NCBI RefSeq assembly: GCF_964213995.1
Contig: NW_027590117.1
Coordinates: forward strand, 1,922,001 to 1,986,000
DNA: 64,000 nucleotides
Direction of reading: 5' to 3'
Source: Mustelus asterias
Lineage: Eukaryota
The notes beneath the pieces were generated by a model, which worked only from the letters and a program-made list of their open reading frames with translations, was not told where the DNA came from and searched no databases. Of the stretch, positions 1 through 12,720 are shown in pieces. The translations under genes were made by a program, and so were the position numbers. Each line of letters starts with the position of its first letter. Position 1 is the stretch's first letter.

Positions 1-135
1 GTCACCGCAGAGGGCAGCTTAGAGTCACCAAAGTTGCTGTGGGTCGGGGGACACATTTAGGTCCAGACCAGGTAAGATGTTTTTATTGAATTTTATTTTT
101 ATTAAATTTCACCATTTGCCGTGGTGGTGGTGATG
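1..135 (-). mobile_element. Fragment of tRNA-derived SINE family 2 (same family as 37408-37757)
   Basis: gagtcacc..ttgctgtggg..ccagaccaggtaag..ttttattgaatt..ccatttgccgtgg matches the internal part of the fuller copies at 37408-37757 and 63600-63923. Confidence 0.6.
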
Positions 136-323
136 TGTAAAGAACAGATAGGGCGGGGATTGGGTCTTTGTTGATTTGAGCAAACAGAGCAATGCAGCAA
201 TGAGAAGCTCCTCCCCCCCCCCCCCCCCCCCCCCCCGGCGACCTGGGGAAGGATGGGACTCAGATACAGGCGTCTGGCTGGGGTTCAAAAATGGAAAAAA
301 CACATCGAGTTTTCAATTTGTGC
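135..323 (+). repeat. Direct repeat copy 1 (~170-190 bp); copy 2 at 811-983
   Basis: Near-identical gtgtaa..gggcggggattgggtctttgttgatttgagcaaac..catcgagttttcaatttgtgc; copy 1 has an expanded poly-C run. Confidence 0.9.
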
Positions 324-810
324 GTGTCTGTGTGTGTGTCTATGTGTGTGAGAGAGAGGTTCTCACATAATCAGTCTGTTTGTGAGTGTGGATTAACCCT
401 TTATATTCCCTTATAAACACTGTGATTCCCTTAAGTTTGTGAATTCCTAAGAAGCACTTGTACCTCTGACACTCTGGTGGGCGGGTGGAGGGTGGGGTGA
501 GATTTGAAGGCAATGCCAAAAGATGCTGAGTGTGAAACAGCCGATTTTAAAGCATGTGTGTTGGAAAGTGAAGAGTGAACTTGTCTGTGTGAAGATCACA
601 GAAAACCTGTGTTATGTGCTGCGTCCAAGAGACAAGTTTTGGGTTGTCAGTAAATGAACTCCTGTAATAATGGCACAAAATCAGAAAGAGGAAATGCTGG
701 AAATATTCAGCGGCTCCGAAAACAGCCGTGGAGAGATATTCCTGTCACCAGGATGTAACTCTACAATTGGATACTTCACGTTGTTCAGATCTTACAATCT
801 CAACAGCTCA

Positions 811-983
811 GTGTAAGGAACAGGTGGGGCGGGGATTGGGTCTTTGTTGATTTGAGCAAACAGAGCAATGCAGCAATGAGAAGCTCCTCACCCCCCGGCG
901 GCCTGGGGAAGGATGGGACTCAGTTACAGGCCTCTGGCTGGGGTTCAAAAATGGAAAAAACACATCGAGTTTTCAATTTGTGC
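811..983 (+). repeat. Direct repeat copy 2 of 135-323
   Basis: Direct sequence match. Confidence 0.9.
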
Positions 984-1094
984 AGAGATTTTACACTTTT
1001 GCCAATGTAGTCAGGTTGGTCGATCGATCGAAGGTGCTGCGTATAGGTTACAGTCTTCCCTGGTGGTGTGAGCTCTAATCCCACTTCTAACAGT

Positions 1095-1415
1095 GATTTC
1101 TTTCCTTCACGAGGCACCATCCAAACCCAAGAAATCTCTCACCTGGCAGCACAAGAGCAGCAGATGCTGAGAAACAACAACCACCTGGAAGTTCCACTCC
1201 GAGACGCACATCATCCTGGCTTGGAAACATACCGCCGTTCCCCTGGCTGGCTCACAATCCTGGAACTCCCTCCCTAACAGGAGTATATGTGCACATACAA
1301 CACATGGACCGCAGTGGCTCAAGACTGAATTCATCACCAATTGCTCAAAGATAATTAATTTTGAGAATAAATGCTTCCCGGGCCAGCAGCACACATATCC
1401 CGTATGAATGAAGTA
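1095..1415 (+). mobile_element. 3' end of CR1-clade LINE family B (degraded)
   Basis: catcctggcttggaaacataccgccgttcc..cctggaactccctccctaac..catggaccgcagtggctcaag..aataaatgct..atgaatgaa tail; related to 2420-2670, 5790-6160, 30705-30830 and 62445-63420. Confidence 0.65.
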
Positions 1416-1942
1416 TTTTTTAAAAAATCACCTCGTGCCACAGAAGGAGCACATCTGCCTTCAGAGCAGAAAGATGTGTGTGTGAATCACATCCTGAATA
1501 CGGCTAATTTTACACCAGATGCGTGCCTGAAAACAGTCAGTGGAACCAGCTCACGATAAACCGCTCAATGTTGAGTGGAAGAGTGATGTGTGTAATTCCC
1601 TCTGATGTGCTTGCTTTTGTGAATTCCTGAGGAACACTTCCCCTGAGACCCTGGTGGGTGGGTGTCGGGGAAAGGCGGATTTGAAAGGTTTCCGGGGAAA
1701 TCGGTGCAGTCTTGATGGGCCACTGTGGAATTCAATTATTTTTCTTTCATAAGTCTATCAGAGATCTCACAGCATCTGTGGAGAGAGAACCGGTCATTCC
1801 CGTGAAAGGTCTGCATCTGAAATGTGAACTATCTCTATTTTCACAGATACGTTCCAGATCTGGTAATATCTCTTTTTTCACAAATACCACCAGGTCTGGC
1901 ACGTATTTGCAGTATTCCGCTGTGGCAGGAGCAGCAGTATCA

Positions 1943-2020
1943 GGCTCTGTGACTTAGTTGGTTAATAAGTGCCTGCCTCTTAAAAAGAGTAGATCCTTGG
2001 TTCAAATCCCAGCAGAGCCT
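1943..2020 (+). pseudogene. tRNA-Thr pseudogene (probably CGT-derived)
   Basis: GGCTCTGTGACTTAGTTGGTTAA..GCCTGCCTCTTAAAAAG..AGATCCTTGGTTCAAATCCCAGCAGAGCCT resembles vertebrate tRNA-Thr; acceptor stem pairs, anticodon arm disrupted. Confidence 0.8.
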
Positions 2021-2189
2021 TGTATACCTTTCCAGTGATGTTTGCAACAGCGCAAGTTACAATATCGAAGTATTTTTATCATCTTGCAGCAAAAAACATT
2101 TAATCTGCAATAAACCCAATGCTGTAAATTCTAGAAACACAGTTTTCCATTTTTTTCTCAGGGAATTTCTAACACAGTCAAATGGCCTT

Positions 2190-2402
2190 AGAATCGTACA
2201 ATTCCGACAGTGCTGAAGGAGACCATTCTGCCCATCGAGTCTGTCCCGACTCTCCGACAGAGAATCGCACACAGGACCTATCCCTGCTGCACCACACACC
2301 CACTCTGCGAATACGAACACCTTGGGGACCAAGGGGCAATCTCGCATGACCAATCCACCCAACCTGCTCACCTTTGGACTGTGGGAGGAAACCGGAGCAC
2401 CT
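2190..2402 (-). mobile_element. HE1-type SINE, partial
   Basis: ctttggactgtgggaggaaaccggagcacc core shared with full copies. Confidence 0.75.
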
Positions 2403-2997
2403 GGTTTGCTGAGATTACTTGCCTGGGTGACTGCAGGTTGAACAGCACTACAGGCGTTTGGCACCATCCAGGACAAAGCATCCCACTTCATTCGCTTCCC
2501 ATGCATAAAAATTCACTCCCTCCACTCCCGACACAAAATGGCAGCAGTGTGCACCATCTAAAAGATGCACTGCAGCAACAAAGCAAGGCTCCTTTGCCAG
2601 CACCTTCCAAACCTACGACCGCTACAGCCTAGAAGGACAAGCGCAGTAGACACATCAGAATAACACCACCAGGTTGCAGGGCACTGATATTTATTTTTTG
2701 ATTGTAGTTATTTATAAGTTGTTGTTGTGCGTGTGTGTTCTTTAAAATCTTTATCTTCCAAAAAAAGCGAAATATCTAATTGAAAACATGTTACTATTTC
2801 TAACCCAACCAGCGAACGTTGTGTCGTAATTTAAGAAAGGCCCTGGGACTTGCGATTTATTTTCGAGTCAGTGGTTTCCTTGGGAGCCGAGTAAACAGAA
2901 GCAGCATAGAGAGATGACAGAACAGGAAATGTCTGTGCCAAAGCTGAATCATATCAATGAAGCAGCAAACTGTTTGCGACTAACCTGATCCAAAATC

Positions 2998-3088
2998 CGA
3001 CTCTGGTGGCTCTCAAACCCACAACCTTTGAATGGCTGACTTGCCATTATTTCGAGGTCCAACGTGCTATCCATTGAGTCACAGAGCC
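2998..3088 (-). pseudogene. Intron-containing tRNA-Arg (TCT-type body) pseudogene
   Basis: Reverse complement GGCTCTGTGACTCAATGGATAGCACGTTGGACCTCGA-[intron-like]-ATTCAAAGGTTGTGGGTTTGAGAGCCACCAGAGTCG matches vertebrate tRNA-Arg-TCT; B box degenerate; anticodon position now reads TCG. Confidence 0.8.
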
Positions 3089-4029
3089 GTGTGCTGGAAG
3101 TTCACTTTACTTGTCCATATATGGATTTTTGACAATGTGGAAACTATTGGTAAGTTCAACAATCTCATAGTTCAAATGTCAAGGACTGTTAAGAGCGACT
3201 TTATTGATTGCAAGTCATGTTGAGATATGTTGTGTCTGTTGAAGCAGCTGCTTTTGTCCTCTATACAGGAAATCTGTCCATCACAGAATGATCCTCCCTC
3301 TCTCCCTTCCTTATTCTCCTGTACAGCTTGGAGTCAAATCTCGCAGGCTTGATAGTCGGGAGACACATTCTACTCTATCTGTCACAGGGCTGATCAGAAC
3401 CCGTTCCCTGCTCCAGTTAAACACCTGCACAGAACACAACACAAAGCTGGAATCTGGAAATCTGAAACACAAACAGAAAATGCTGGAAATGCTCAGTAGC
3501 TGAGGCACCACTTTTGATTAATGGAGATTTCTGTAAAACAAGATTCTGAAGCACAGCACAGCTGCACAGTTTAAAGTTTCCCTTCATCCACAATGGATGC
3601 TCCATTCTATGATTTTGAACAATTCAGATTGATCATCTGCATTGTTATTCTAGTCGCCACAGCCTGAAAACCACTTCAGGCATTGATGTCACTCTTGGAT
3701 TTTAAATTTGTAAATCCATTCTCTACCTTTTAAAGCGACTATTGAAACTGTATCCATCACCCGCTCAGTTCTTTGTGAATGAGAAGGGGAATTGAGGATA
3801 CATTTGGATAACTTTCCTTTGACTAAATTTGTACCGGAGCATGAAGGCGGAAATCACACACAGCACGTCATGAAACTCACCCGCTAAACATTGAAAGGTG
3901 ACAGTGTTTAATCAAGGGATGGTTCTGTTTATTCATGTATTATTAATGGAGAATAGAAAAGTTGGAACAGTCTGCAATCTGGGCAATACAACTGAACAAA
4001 GTGAAACACAATGGGGACTGGGCAAGATA

Positions 4030-4187
4030 ACCCTGTTTGTGAACAGAACTCCCACTTAACTGATGAAGGGGCAGCGCTGCGAAAGCTGGTGGCTTGTGCT
4101 ACCAAATAAACCTGTTGGACTTTAACCTGGTGTTGTGAGACTTCTTACTGTGTTTATCCTAGTCCAACGCCGGCATCTCGACATCAG
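4030..4187 (+). mobile_element. Penelope-like element terminal (pLTR) fragment with degenerate hammerhead core
   Basis: CTGATGA..GAAA core then ccaaataaacctgttggactttaacctggtgttgtgagacttcttactgtg plus tail; same terminus as the RT/GIY-YIG element at 42365-43614. Confidence 0.8.
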
Positions 4188-6167
4188 GATAAGCCTACCA
4201 TGGGCAATGGACAAAGTGGAGGTGAGACGTTGACTGGCTTGTGAGACGGAGCAGGGAGACATTGCAAGGTGAAGGTACATAAGAAAGTGGGAGTGCTAAA
4301 TGTTTAATGATCACTGTACAAGTCGAAGGTGCAATGCAGACTGCAGGCTGGATATTGAATGGGTTCTGAAATGGGTAAATAGACTGTGGAATCTTCGCAC
4401 GGTAAAGGTGCAATAGGGATTAGGAAGGGTAAAGGTGAACCCTTTATTTTATTTCACCTCTCCTCGATCTTCGGACCAAAATGTATCACTTCACACTTCC
4501 TTACATTAATTAAAATGCATCTGTCACGTGTCTACTCATTCCACCAGCTTGTCTATATATTCTTGAAGATTATCAATATCCTCCTCACTAAAGTTCATAA
4601 TATTTTCAAGTTTTGCACCACTGGCAAATTTTGAGATTGAAACCTGTGCACCCAGATATAGGTCAGTAATATATAGCAAGGAAAGCAAGTTTCTCTCTAT
4701 ATACCGTCCCCAATCATAAATAGGGTAAAACTTTGTGTAATATATGCTTTAATAGATTTGTACTAATAGTCAAACTGTTGCTTTATGAAATTCTAACGAT
4801 GCTAAACAACAATGATTCAAAATGCCACTTGGTTCAAAATAAAATGCCTCCCGGCACTGATACTTTCACTTGTGTATCAGGATTTAAATGATGAATACAG
4901 AGGGAAGCAGCGTACTGGTAGATTTCAAAATGATATGGTCAATAGTATTTCTAAATTCCTCCGTCCAGGTTCAATATAATGTGAAAAATTCTTGTCTGTT
5001 GGATCTAAACTTCAGTCTACCAGAGTGTGCTGACATCTACTGGCCGCAATACAGAATCGCAGTACAGCGGAAAAACGCACATTAACTGTCGCTGTTGCAG
5101 AGACAGATCAACCAGGAATTAATGATTGGATGTCAGTATTAAATCCCATAGAGAATTCAATATTAATGTACTTTCCCATGTAGTCAGTATAACTTGGAGT
5201 TTTCTATTACCTGGAGCAGTTGAGTCGACTAGCATCGATGAACTAAAGGGAAATCTCGGAAATGAGACGATGGAGAATTAATTTCAGAGATAAGCAGATG
5301 ATGTTACATTGAAGATTTTGAGTAGAGGATCGTGTGAAATCATGTACTAATTAGAACAAAAGGCCCGGTTTCAATTAGGTATCTTCCATGTAGAATGTGT
5401 ACAGATTTTCGAAGTCTCTCAGATAGATTTATAATGAATATCACACACATTTGTCACACCAGATACAGAGCAATACAGAAAGAGTCCAACACTCCTACCC
5501 ATAGAATCTTAGAATGGATACAACAGAGAGAGGGAGACCATTCGGCCCTTTGTCTGTGTGCTGGTCTGTGCAAGAACAACTCAGCTCATGCCTTTCCCAG
5601 TCCTTGTCTCAGAACCCTGCAAATCCTTTCACTTCAGGTGCTGATCCCATTCCCCTTTGACAGCCCTGATTTGATGCTGCCTCTGTCACCCTCTCAGGAG
5701 TGCATCCCAGGTCCTAAACACTCAGCGCATTAAAAACCATCCTTATTTCCTCTGGCAATGGGAACAATATTTCTTCATCTACTCTTCTTAGACTGCACCC
5801 ACAAAGCCACCAGCTCTACCGTCTCGAAGGACAGCGGCAGCAGATACAAGGGAGCACCAGCATTGCAAACACCCCCCTTCCCTCCCACCACCACCACCAT
5901 CCTCCACCCCCCCCCACACCCACCCCCCCACCCCCCACCCCCCCCCCCCCACCCCCCCCCCCCCCGCCTCCTCCAAGCCACTCAACGTCCTGACTTGGAA
6001 ATACATCATAGCTTCTTCACTGTCGCAGTGGCAAAATCCTGAAAGACTGTTAGGCTAACAGCACTGTGGCTGTACCGACACCAAGGGAGTGCAGCAGTTG
6101 ATGAAAGCAGCGAACCACCATCTTCTTAAGTTCAGTTAGGGATTGGCAATGAGTGCTGGCTTTCTGT

Positions 6168-6239
6168 AGCAGAGTAGCGCAGGGGAAGCGTGCTGGGCCC
6201 ATAGCTCAGAGGTCGATGGGTTGAAACCATTCTCTGCTA
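6168..6239 (+). pseudogene. Initiator tRNA-Met (CAT) pseudogene
   Basis: AGCAGAGTAGCGCAGGGGAAGCGTGCTGGGCCCATAGCTCAGAGGTCGATGGGTTGAAACCATTCTCTGCTA; about 7 substitutions relative to the conserved vertebrate tRNA-iMet, including the T-loop. Confidence 0.88.
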
Positions 6240-7356
6240 CTTCCTATCAACAATGATAACAAACTCACTTAACGACAATTCTGCAACATTTACGTGGAAT
6301 ATGCAGGCAGGTATTTGCATCGGCTCGTCTTCTCTGTTATAAGCCTCAAACCAGTTTGCTATGCACACAAGCTGTAGATACTGTGAACATGCGCCAGGAT
6401 ATATTACTGATCGAGGTAATGGTGCACAGGGCACAATTTCAGAATTTGTAGATAATGTGAAACTTGGAAGCATTGTGAACTGTGAGGAGGATAGTGTAAA
6501 ACTTCAAAAAAGGATCTAGACAAGTTGACGGAATGAGTGGACAAGTTCCAGATGAAATTCAAAGCTGAGAATTGTGAAGTGATTCATTCTGGTAGGAAGA
6601 TTATAGAGAGACAATGAAAAGTAAAAGGGAAACAGTTCCAAAGTTCTAATGCATTTCATTAGTGAGGTTTCTCAGTCCAACAACTCTAAATGAGGTGCAA
6701 CAGTACAACTCTAAAATAACACCAAATTACTGCGGATGCTGTCATCTGAAACCAAAAGAGAAAATGCTGGAAAATCTCTGCCGGTCTGGCAGCTTCTGTA
6801 AGGAGTGAAATGAGCTAGTGTTTCGAGTCCAGATGACCCTTTGACAAAGTGTCATCTGGGCTGGTTTACTGCCAACTGGTAACTTCCTCAAAGTCAATAA
6901 AAATCCATTCAAAATATCAGCATATGTGTTTTACAATCGTAATTACTCATTTGAATCAATTACTGCATCTCACATTGCTTCTTGTTCATAAACGTATTTA
7001 AAAGTCATTTAAGTGAATGCGAGTTTTATCAGTGCCTTAATGTCCACTGGTTTAACAATCTTACCACCCCATCAGGGGTTCCACTTATAGGTATTAAATG
7101 TCATGAAACGTCTGGACAGAAGGGATAGGGACAAACTGTTCCCACTCATGGAATGATGAAGAATGAGAGAGAACAGATTGAACATCATGAGCAAAGGAAG
7201 GAATAGGAACACGAGGAAAACATTTTTCACACAGTGAGTGCTTAATGTGTGGAATTCACTGCCGGAGAGTGTGGCGGAGGCAGATTCAATTGAAACGTCC
7301 TCAGGGAATTAGACTGTTATCTGAAAAGGAAGAATGTGCAGGGTTACAGGGAGAAG

Positions 7357-7702
7357 ATTAGAAGAAGATTAGATTAGAAACCCTACAGTGCAGAAGGAGG
7401 CCATTCGGCCCATCGAGTCTGCACCGACCACAATCCCACCCAGGCCCTCCCCCCACATATTTTACCCGCTAATCCCTCTAACCTATGCATCCCAGGACTC
7501 TAAGGGACAATTTTTAACCTGGCCAATCAACCTAACCCGCACATCTTTGGACTGTGGGAGGAAACCGGAGCACCCGGAGGAAACCCACGCAGACACGAGG
7601 AGAATGTGCAAACTCCACACAGACAGTGACCCGAGCCGGGAATCGAACCCGGGACCCCGGAGCTGTGAAGCAGCAGTGCTAACCACTGTGCTACCGTGCC
7701 GC
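7357..7702 (-). mobile_element. Full-length HE1-type SINE (young)
   Basis: Minus strand has a tRNA-like head with A/B boxes (GCACAGTGGTTAGCA..GGTTCGATTCCC), a conserved core and a CR1-like tail; very similar to 27662-27990. Confidence 0.9.
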
Positions 7703-8031
7703 GGAGATGTTCATTTTCTGTCACAACTTCTCATTCATCACTCATCACTGAATCAGTGGGAACTTTTCTCTTGTCATTTCTAAACAAGGAGAAGTGCAGC
7801 AATGATTAAATGGCAAGAGAGTTGGTGGGGAATCAGAAGTCTAACGAGCGAGTTAAAAAAAAAACCAAATATGTGTCTAAAAGGATGTGAGGATGGCAGA
7901 GGGACGAAATCTGAAATAAAAACAGAAAATGCTAGAAACTTCAGCAGGTCTGGCAACATCTATCGAGAGAGAAACAGAGTTAATAATTCGAGTCTGCAGC
8001 ACTCTTCTTCAGAGCTGAAGAGAGGTTGAAA

Positions 8032-8914
8032 GGTAGACAGTGAGGAAGGGTGTCGTAGTTTGCAGGAAGACTTAGACAGGTTGCAAAGTTGGGCCGAGAG
8101 GTGGCGGATGGAGTTTAATGCGGAGAAGTGTGAGGTAATTCACTTTGGTAGGAATAACAGATGTGTTGAGTATAGGGCTAACGGGAGGACTTTGAATAGT
8201 GTGGAGGAGCAGAGGGATCTAGGTGTATGTGTGCATAGATCCCTGAAAGTTGGGAATCAAGTAGATAAGGTTGTTAAGAAGGCATATGGTGTCTTGGCGT
8301 TTATTGGTAGGGGGATTGAATTTAGGAGTCGTAGCGTTATGTTGCAACTGTACACAACTCTGGTGCGGCCGCACTTGGAGTACTGTGTGCAGTTCTGGTC
8401 CCCACATTACAGGAAGGATGTGGAGGCTTTGGAGAGGGTGCAGAGGAGGTTTACCAGGATGTTGCCTGGTATGGAGGGGAGATCCTATGAGGAGAGGCTG
8501 AGGGATTTGGGATTGTTTTCGCTGGAAAGGCGGCGGCTAAGAGGGGATCTTATTGAAACATATAAGATGATTAGAGGTTTAGATAGGGTGGATAGTGATA
8601 GCCTTTTTCCTCTGATGGAGAAATCCAGCACGAGGGGGCATGGCTTTAAATTGAGGGGGGGTAGTTATAGAACCGATGTCAGGGGTAGGTTCTTTACCCA
8701 GAGGGTGGTGAGGGATTGGAATGCCCTGCCAGCATCAGTAGTAAATGCGCCTAGTTTGGGGGCGTTTAAGAGATCCGTAGATAGGTTCATGGACGAAAAG
8801 AAATTGGTTTAGGTTGGAGGGTCACAGTTTTTTTTTAACTGGTCGGTGCAACATCGTGGGCCGAAGGGCCTGTTCTGCGCTGTAATGTTCTATGTTCTAT
8901 GTTCTATGTTCTAT
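8032..8914 (+). mobile_element. Young 5'-truncated CR1 LINE (ORF2 C-terminus, open frame 8060-8812)
   Basis: LVRPHLEYCVQFWSPHYRKDVEALERVQRRFTRMLPG..RGDLIETYK motif; (ttctatg)n 3' microsatellite tail. Confidence 0.95.
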
Positions 8915-8969
8915 GAAATGTGACGGATTTTTAAATGCTGAAGAGAATTCGGAGCACAATCGGGATTAT

Positions 8970-10752
8970 CCACTAAAGCAATTAGAAAAGCAAATGGCAT
9001 GTTTGTTTTTATTGCAAGGGGATTGGAGTAGATGAAGAAAGATGTCTTGCTGCAATTGTACAGGATTTTATTGAGACCACATCTGCAATACTGTGTACAG
9101 CGATTGTCTCCACATTTGAGAAAGAATAGAACTTGCGTTGGAGGCGGTACAGACCAGATTCACTAGATTGCCCCCCAGAATGAGGAAGTTGTTCTATGAT
9201 GAGAGGCTGAGTGAATTAGGCTGAGAGACCCTGGAGTTCAGAAGAATGTAGAGACGCTGAGTGAATGCTTCCATTGCTGTCCTCTGGGCAGACGAGTGGC
9301 AGATAAAGTAAAAGTAAAGTAAAGTTAAGGTAAAGTTTATTGGTCACAAGTAAGGCTTACATTAACACTGCAATGAAGTTACTGTGAAATTCCCCTAGTC
9401 GCCACACTCCGGCGCCTGTTCGGGTCAATGCACCTAACTAGATGAAGTTCAATGCAGAGAAGTGTGAGTTGATTCATTTTGAGAGTGTGGAGAAATAAAG
9501 GGAGAAACTCTTAAGGAAAGTCAGGAACAGAGGGATCTCAGTTTCTAAGTACAAAGGTTATTGAAGGTGGTTGGGCATGTTGAGAGAGCAAGTAATACAG
9601 CAAATGGCATCCTATGTTTTATTGGAGGATTGAATACATGAGTAAGAAGGTCATGTTGAGCTTTTAAATACACGAGATAGGCCTCACCTGGAGCACTGCA
9701 TCCAGTTCTGGACACCATACTTGAAGAAGGTTGCGAAGGCATTGGAGACAGTGCAAAGGATATTCACATGAATGATTCTATTGATAAAGATTTGTAGCTA
9801 TGAAGATAGAATTGAGAGCTTGGGTATTTTTCTTTTGGGAAAGGAGTCTGAGCGGACCTGAAGAGGGACAGGTAGCATTGAGTAAGCAGGTGTGCTGCAG
9901 AAGGGCTTGGACAGGTCTGGAGAGTGGGCAGAGAAGTGGCAGATGGAATACAATGTGGAAAATGCGAAGTTATGCACTTTGGAAGGAGGAATGGAGATAT
10001 AGACTACTTTCTAAATTGTGAAATGCTTAGAAAATCAGAAGAACAAAGGGACTTGGGAGTCATTGTTCAAGAGTCTCTTCAGGTTAACGTACAAGTTCAG
10101 TCGGCAGTTAGGAAGGCAAATGCAATGTCGAGAGGGCTAGAATACAAGAGCACAGATGTACTTCTGAGGCTGGCAAAGGCTCTGATCAGATCTCGTTTGG
10201 AGTATTGCGAGCAGTTTGGGCCCCATATCTAGGGAAAGATGTGCTGGCCATGGAAAGGGTCCAGAGGAGGTTCACAAGAATGATCCATGGAATGAAGAGC
10301 ATGTTGTATGAAGAATGGTTGAGGACTCTGGGAGTGTTCACGTTGGAGTTTAGAAGGATGATCTTATTGAAACTTACAGGATACTGCGAAGCCTGGCTAG
10401 AATGGATGTGGACATGGAGAGGATGTTTCCACTAGTAGGAAGCTGGTGACAAAATATATACTGGTAGGAATAACTAGTACCAGAGGGCACAACCTCAGAC
10501 TAAAGGGACGATCCTTTAAAACAGAGATGAGGAGAAATTTCTTCAGCCAGAGAGCGGTGAATCTATGCCGCAGAAGGCTGTGGAGGCTAGGTCATTGAAT
10601 GTTTTTAATACAGGGATAGATTCTTGATTAATAAGGGGATCAGGTGTTATGGGGAAAAGACAGGAGAATGGGATGAGAAAAATATATGTTTGAATGGTGG
10701 AACAGATGGGCCAAGTGGCCTAATACTGCTCCTGTGGCTTATGGTCTTATGG
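8970..10752 (+). mobile_element. Stack of degraded CR1 ORF2 3' fragments, with a SINE tail inserted at ~9304-9440
   Basis: KCEVMHFG, LEYCEQF and ERVQRRFTRMI motifs in broken frames. Confidence 0.85.
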
Positions 10753-10763
10753 AAGATAAAGAA

Positions 10764-11076
10764 GGGTGGCACAATGGTTCGCACTGCTGCTGCGGAATGA
10801 CAGGGACCCAGGTTCAATTCAGGCCTTGGGTGACTGTACGTATTTTCCACATTTTCTCTATGTCCACGTGGCTTTCCTCCGGGTGCTCTGGTTTCCCCTC
10901 ACACTCCATTGATAGGGTAAGTGGATTTACCATGCTAAATTTCCCCTTATGTGTCCCAGTATGTTTAGATTAGGAGGATTAACAGGGTAAATATGTGAGG
11001 TTGTGTGGATAGGTCAGAGAATCAGTGCAGACTCAATGGGCCGAATGGCCACCTTCTGCACTGTAGGGATTCTGTA
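10764..11076 (+). mobile_element. HE1-type SINE (diverged)
   Basis: gggtggcacaatggttcgcactgctgc..ggttcaattc..ttctgcactgtagggattct. Confidence 0.8.
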
Positions 11077-12049
11077 ATAGAGTTTTTCATGTTCGATTCA
11101 AGAGTTCATCAAGAAGCAGGGGAAAAAATTCAAAATAAGTGTTAAAACAGCACCGATTCAGTGCCTAATGTACACATCTTTGGAAACTAAAGGAACATTT
11201 AACATGGCCAATACACCTAACCTGCACATCTTTGAACCAGAGCACCCAGAGGAAACCCACGGGGAGAATGTACAAAATTTGTACAGTCACCAAAGGGCAG
11301 AAGCAAGCCCAGGTCTCTGGGGCTGTGAGGCGGGAGAGTGGAATTAGATGGAACACTGTTTCAATCAGGCAGTGTAGACTTGATGAGCCAAATGGGCTGT
11401 TACTGCATTGTAAAGATTCAGTGGTTTGGAATCTAAAACATGATCCTATTGAATCGAGCAGCAGGCTTCAGGGGCCATGTAGTCCACTTCTGATCCGATT
11501 TATTGTGCTGCTGGGTCCAGAAAGCCGCTAATTCATTCCTCATCATTAAATCAGAATTTACTCCAGATACCGTTAATGCATCAACCCTGTGCTCAGTGAC
11601 AAACACTGACACTTGATTAAGCAATGTCTCAATTTTAATTTTCTTATCCGTGTTTCCAAATCCCTCCATGTCCTCAGCTCTTCCTCCCTTTCATCATCTC
11701 CAGCCCAACAATCCTCTGAGATATCTGAGCTCCTCTGAATCTGCCCTCGTGAGCATCCCTGATTTGATTCACTCCACCACTGATGATCGTACTTTCAGCT
11801 CTCGATGTCTCAGCTCTGGAATTCCCTCTCTAAATGCACCTGCTTCTTGCTTGCTTTCCTCCCCGTTCATTTTTGTTGACTGTTCTCTTCATTTATTTTC
11901 TCCTATCTTTCCCGCGGGTTTCACTTTTTGCACCCTCTGACTTTCCGCAGTCCTTTTGCCGCTTTAACTGCCATCAACGAATTATAATTGTACAACTATA
12001 ATTATCTGAACAGTTCAACTTTAAGGATTCTTTCCGCCTCCACCTCTCT

Positions 12050-12720
12050 CATCACTCATTGGTTTCATCAAATTAAATGACGCAATGACGTTGGGCTGGG
12101 AGTGACGCTGCGCGAAAGGCGCAGGAGCGGCACATTCCACTTGGTCAATGCGTTGCGATTGGCTAAAGAAGATGTCAATTACATTGAGGGGCGTGTGTTT
12201 CCATCAGCAGGGACTGTGATTGGTTACAATTGTCAGCGTCATTTTCAGCGTTCATTCTGTTCAGCTGGATGGAGCTCACGGATTGGATAAAGTAGCTGTC
12301 ACTCAGTAGCCGCAAAGCGGCCATTGGATAACCGCGATGCGTCAATTTCCGATTGGTTTTCCCAGCTGCCGGTCACAGGCCGTTGGCGGGGATTTACCCC
12401 GGGCCCATCAGACACCGCGCGGAGCGGCAGCAAATGTCCCGCAAGTGGCTTCAGTCCCCGGGCCCGGATCCTGAGCCCGCGGCGGGGCTCCGAATGGGGG
12501 AAGGGTTTTGGCAGCGGGAATCCCGTCCCGCCCGGCTGTGAATCCTGAGCTCAGGGTTTCCAATGGCGGCTTCCTGTGTAAACATGTCACGCTGCAGATC
12601 CCCGGGCTCAGCAGTGGCAGCGCTGCAAACCCCCTGGAGTCAGACCAATCAGCACAGGGATCTTCCTGTACCCTGTGTGTGGGGCTCAGTGCCACACCGG
12701 GTTAGAGGACCTCACACTGC
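12050..12720. promoter_or_regulatory. CpG island / CCAAT- and CRE-rich promoter-like region with no histone gene attached
   Basis: Six ATTGG (reverse CCAAT) at about 12058, 12158, 12219, 12282, 12323 and 12352; TGACG/CGTCA half-sites; GC- and CpG-rich 12300-12620. Confidence 0.7.

Noticed and set aside
5870-5966. Poly-C/proline-rich tract (also C/G runs at 205-236, 38798-38818, 47809-47825 and 57842-57864) as G-quadruplex or coding sequence
   Set aside because: Homopolymer expansions, mostly inside repeats; lengths are unreliable in assemblies
7620-7702. tRNA-like heads of SINEs as tRNA genes
   Set aside because: Contiguous with SINE core and tail in multiple copies
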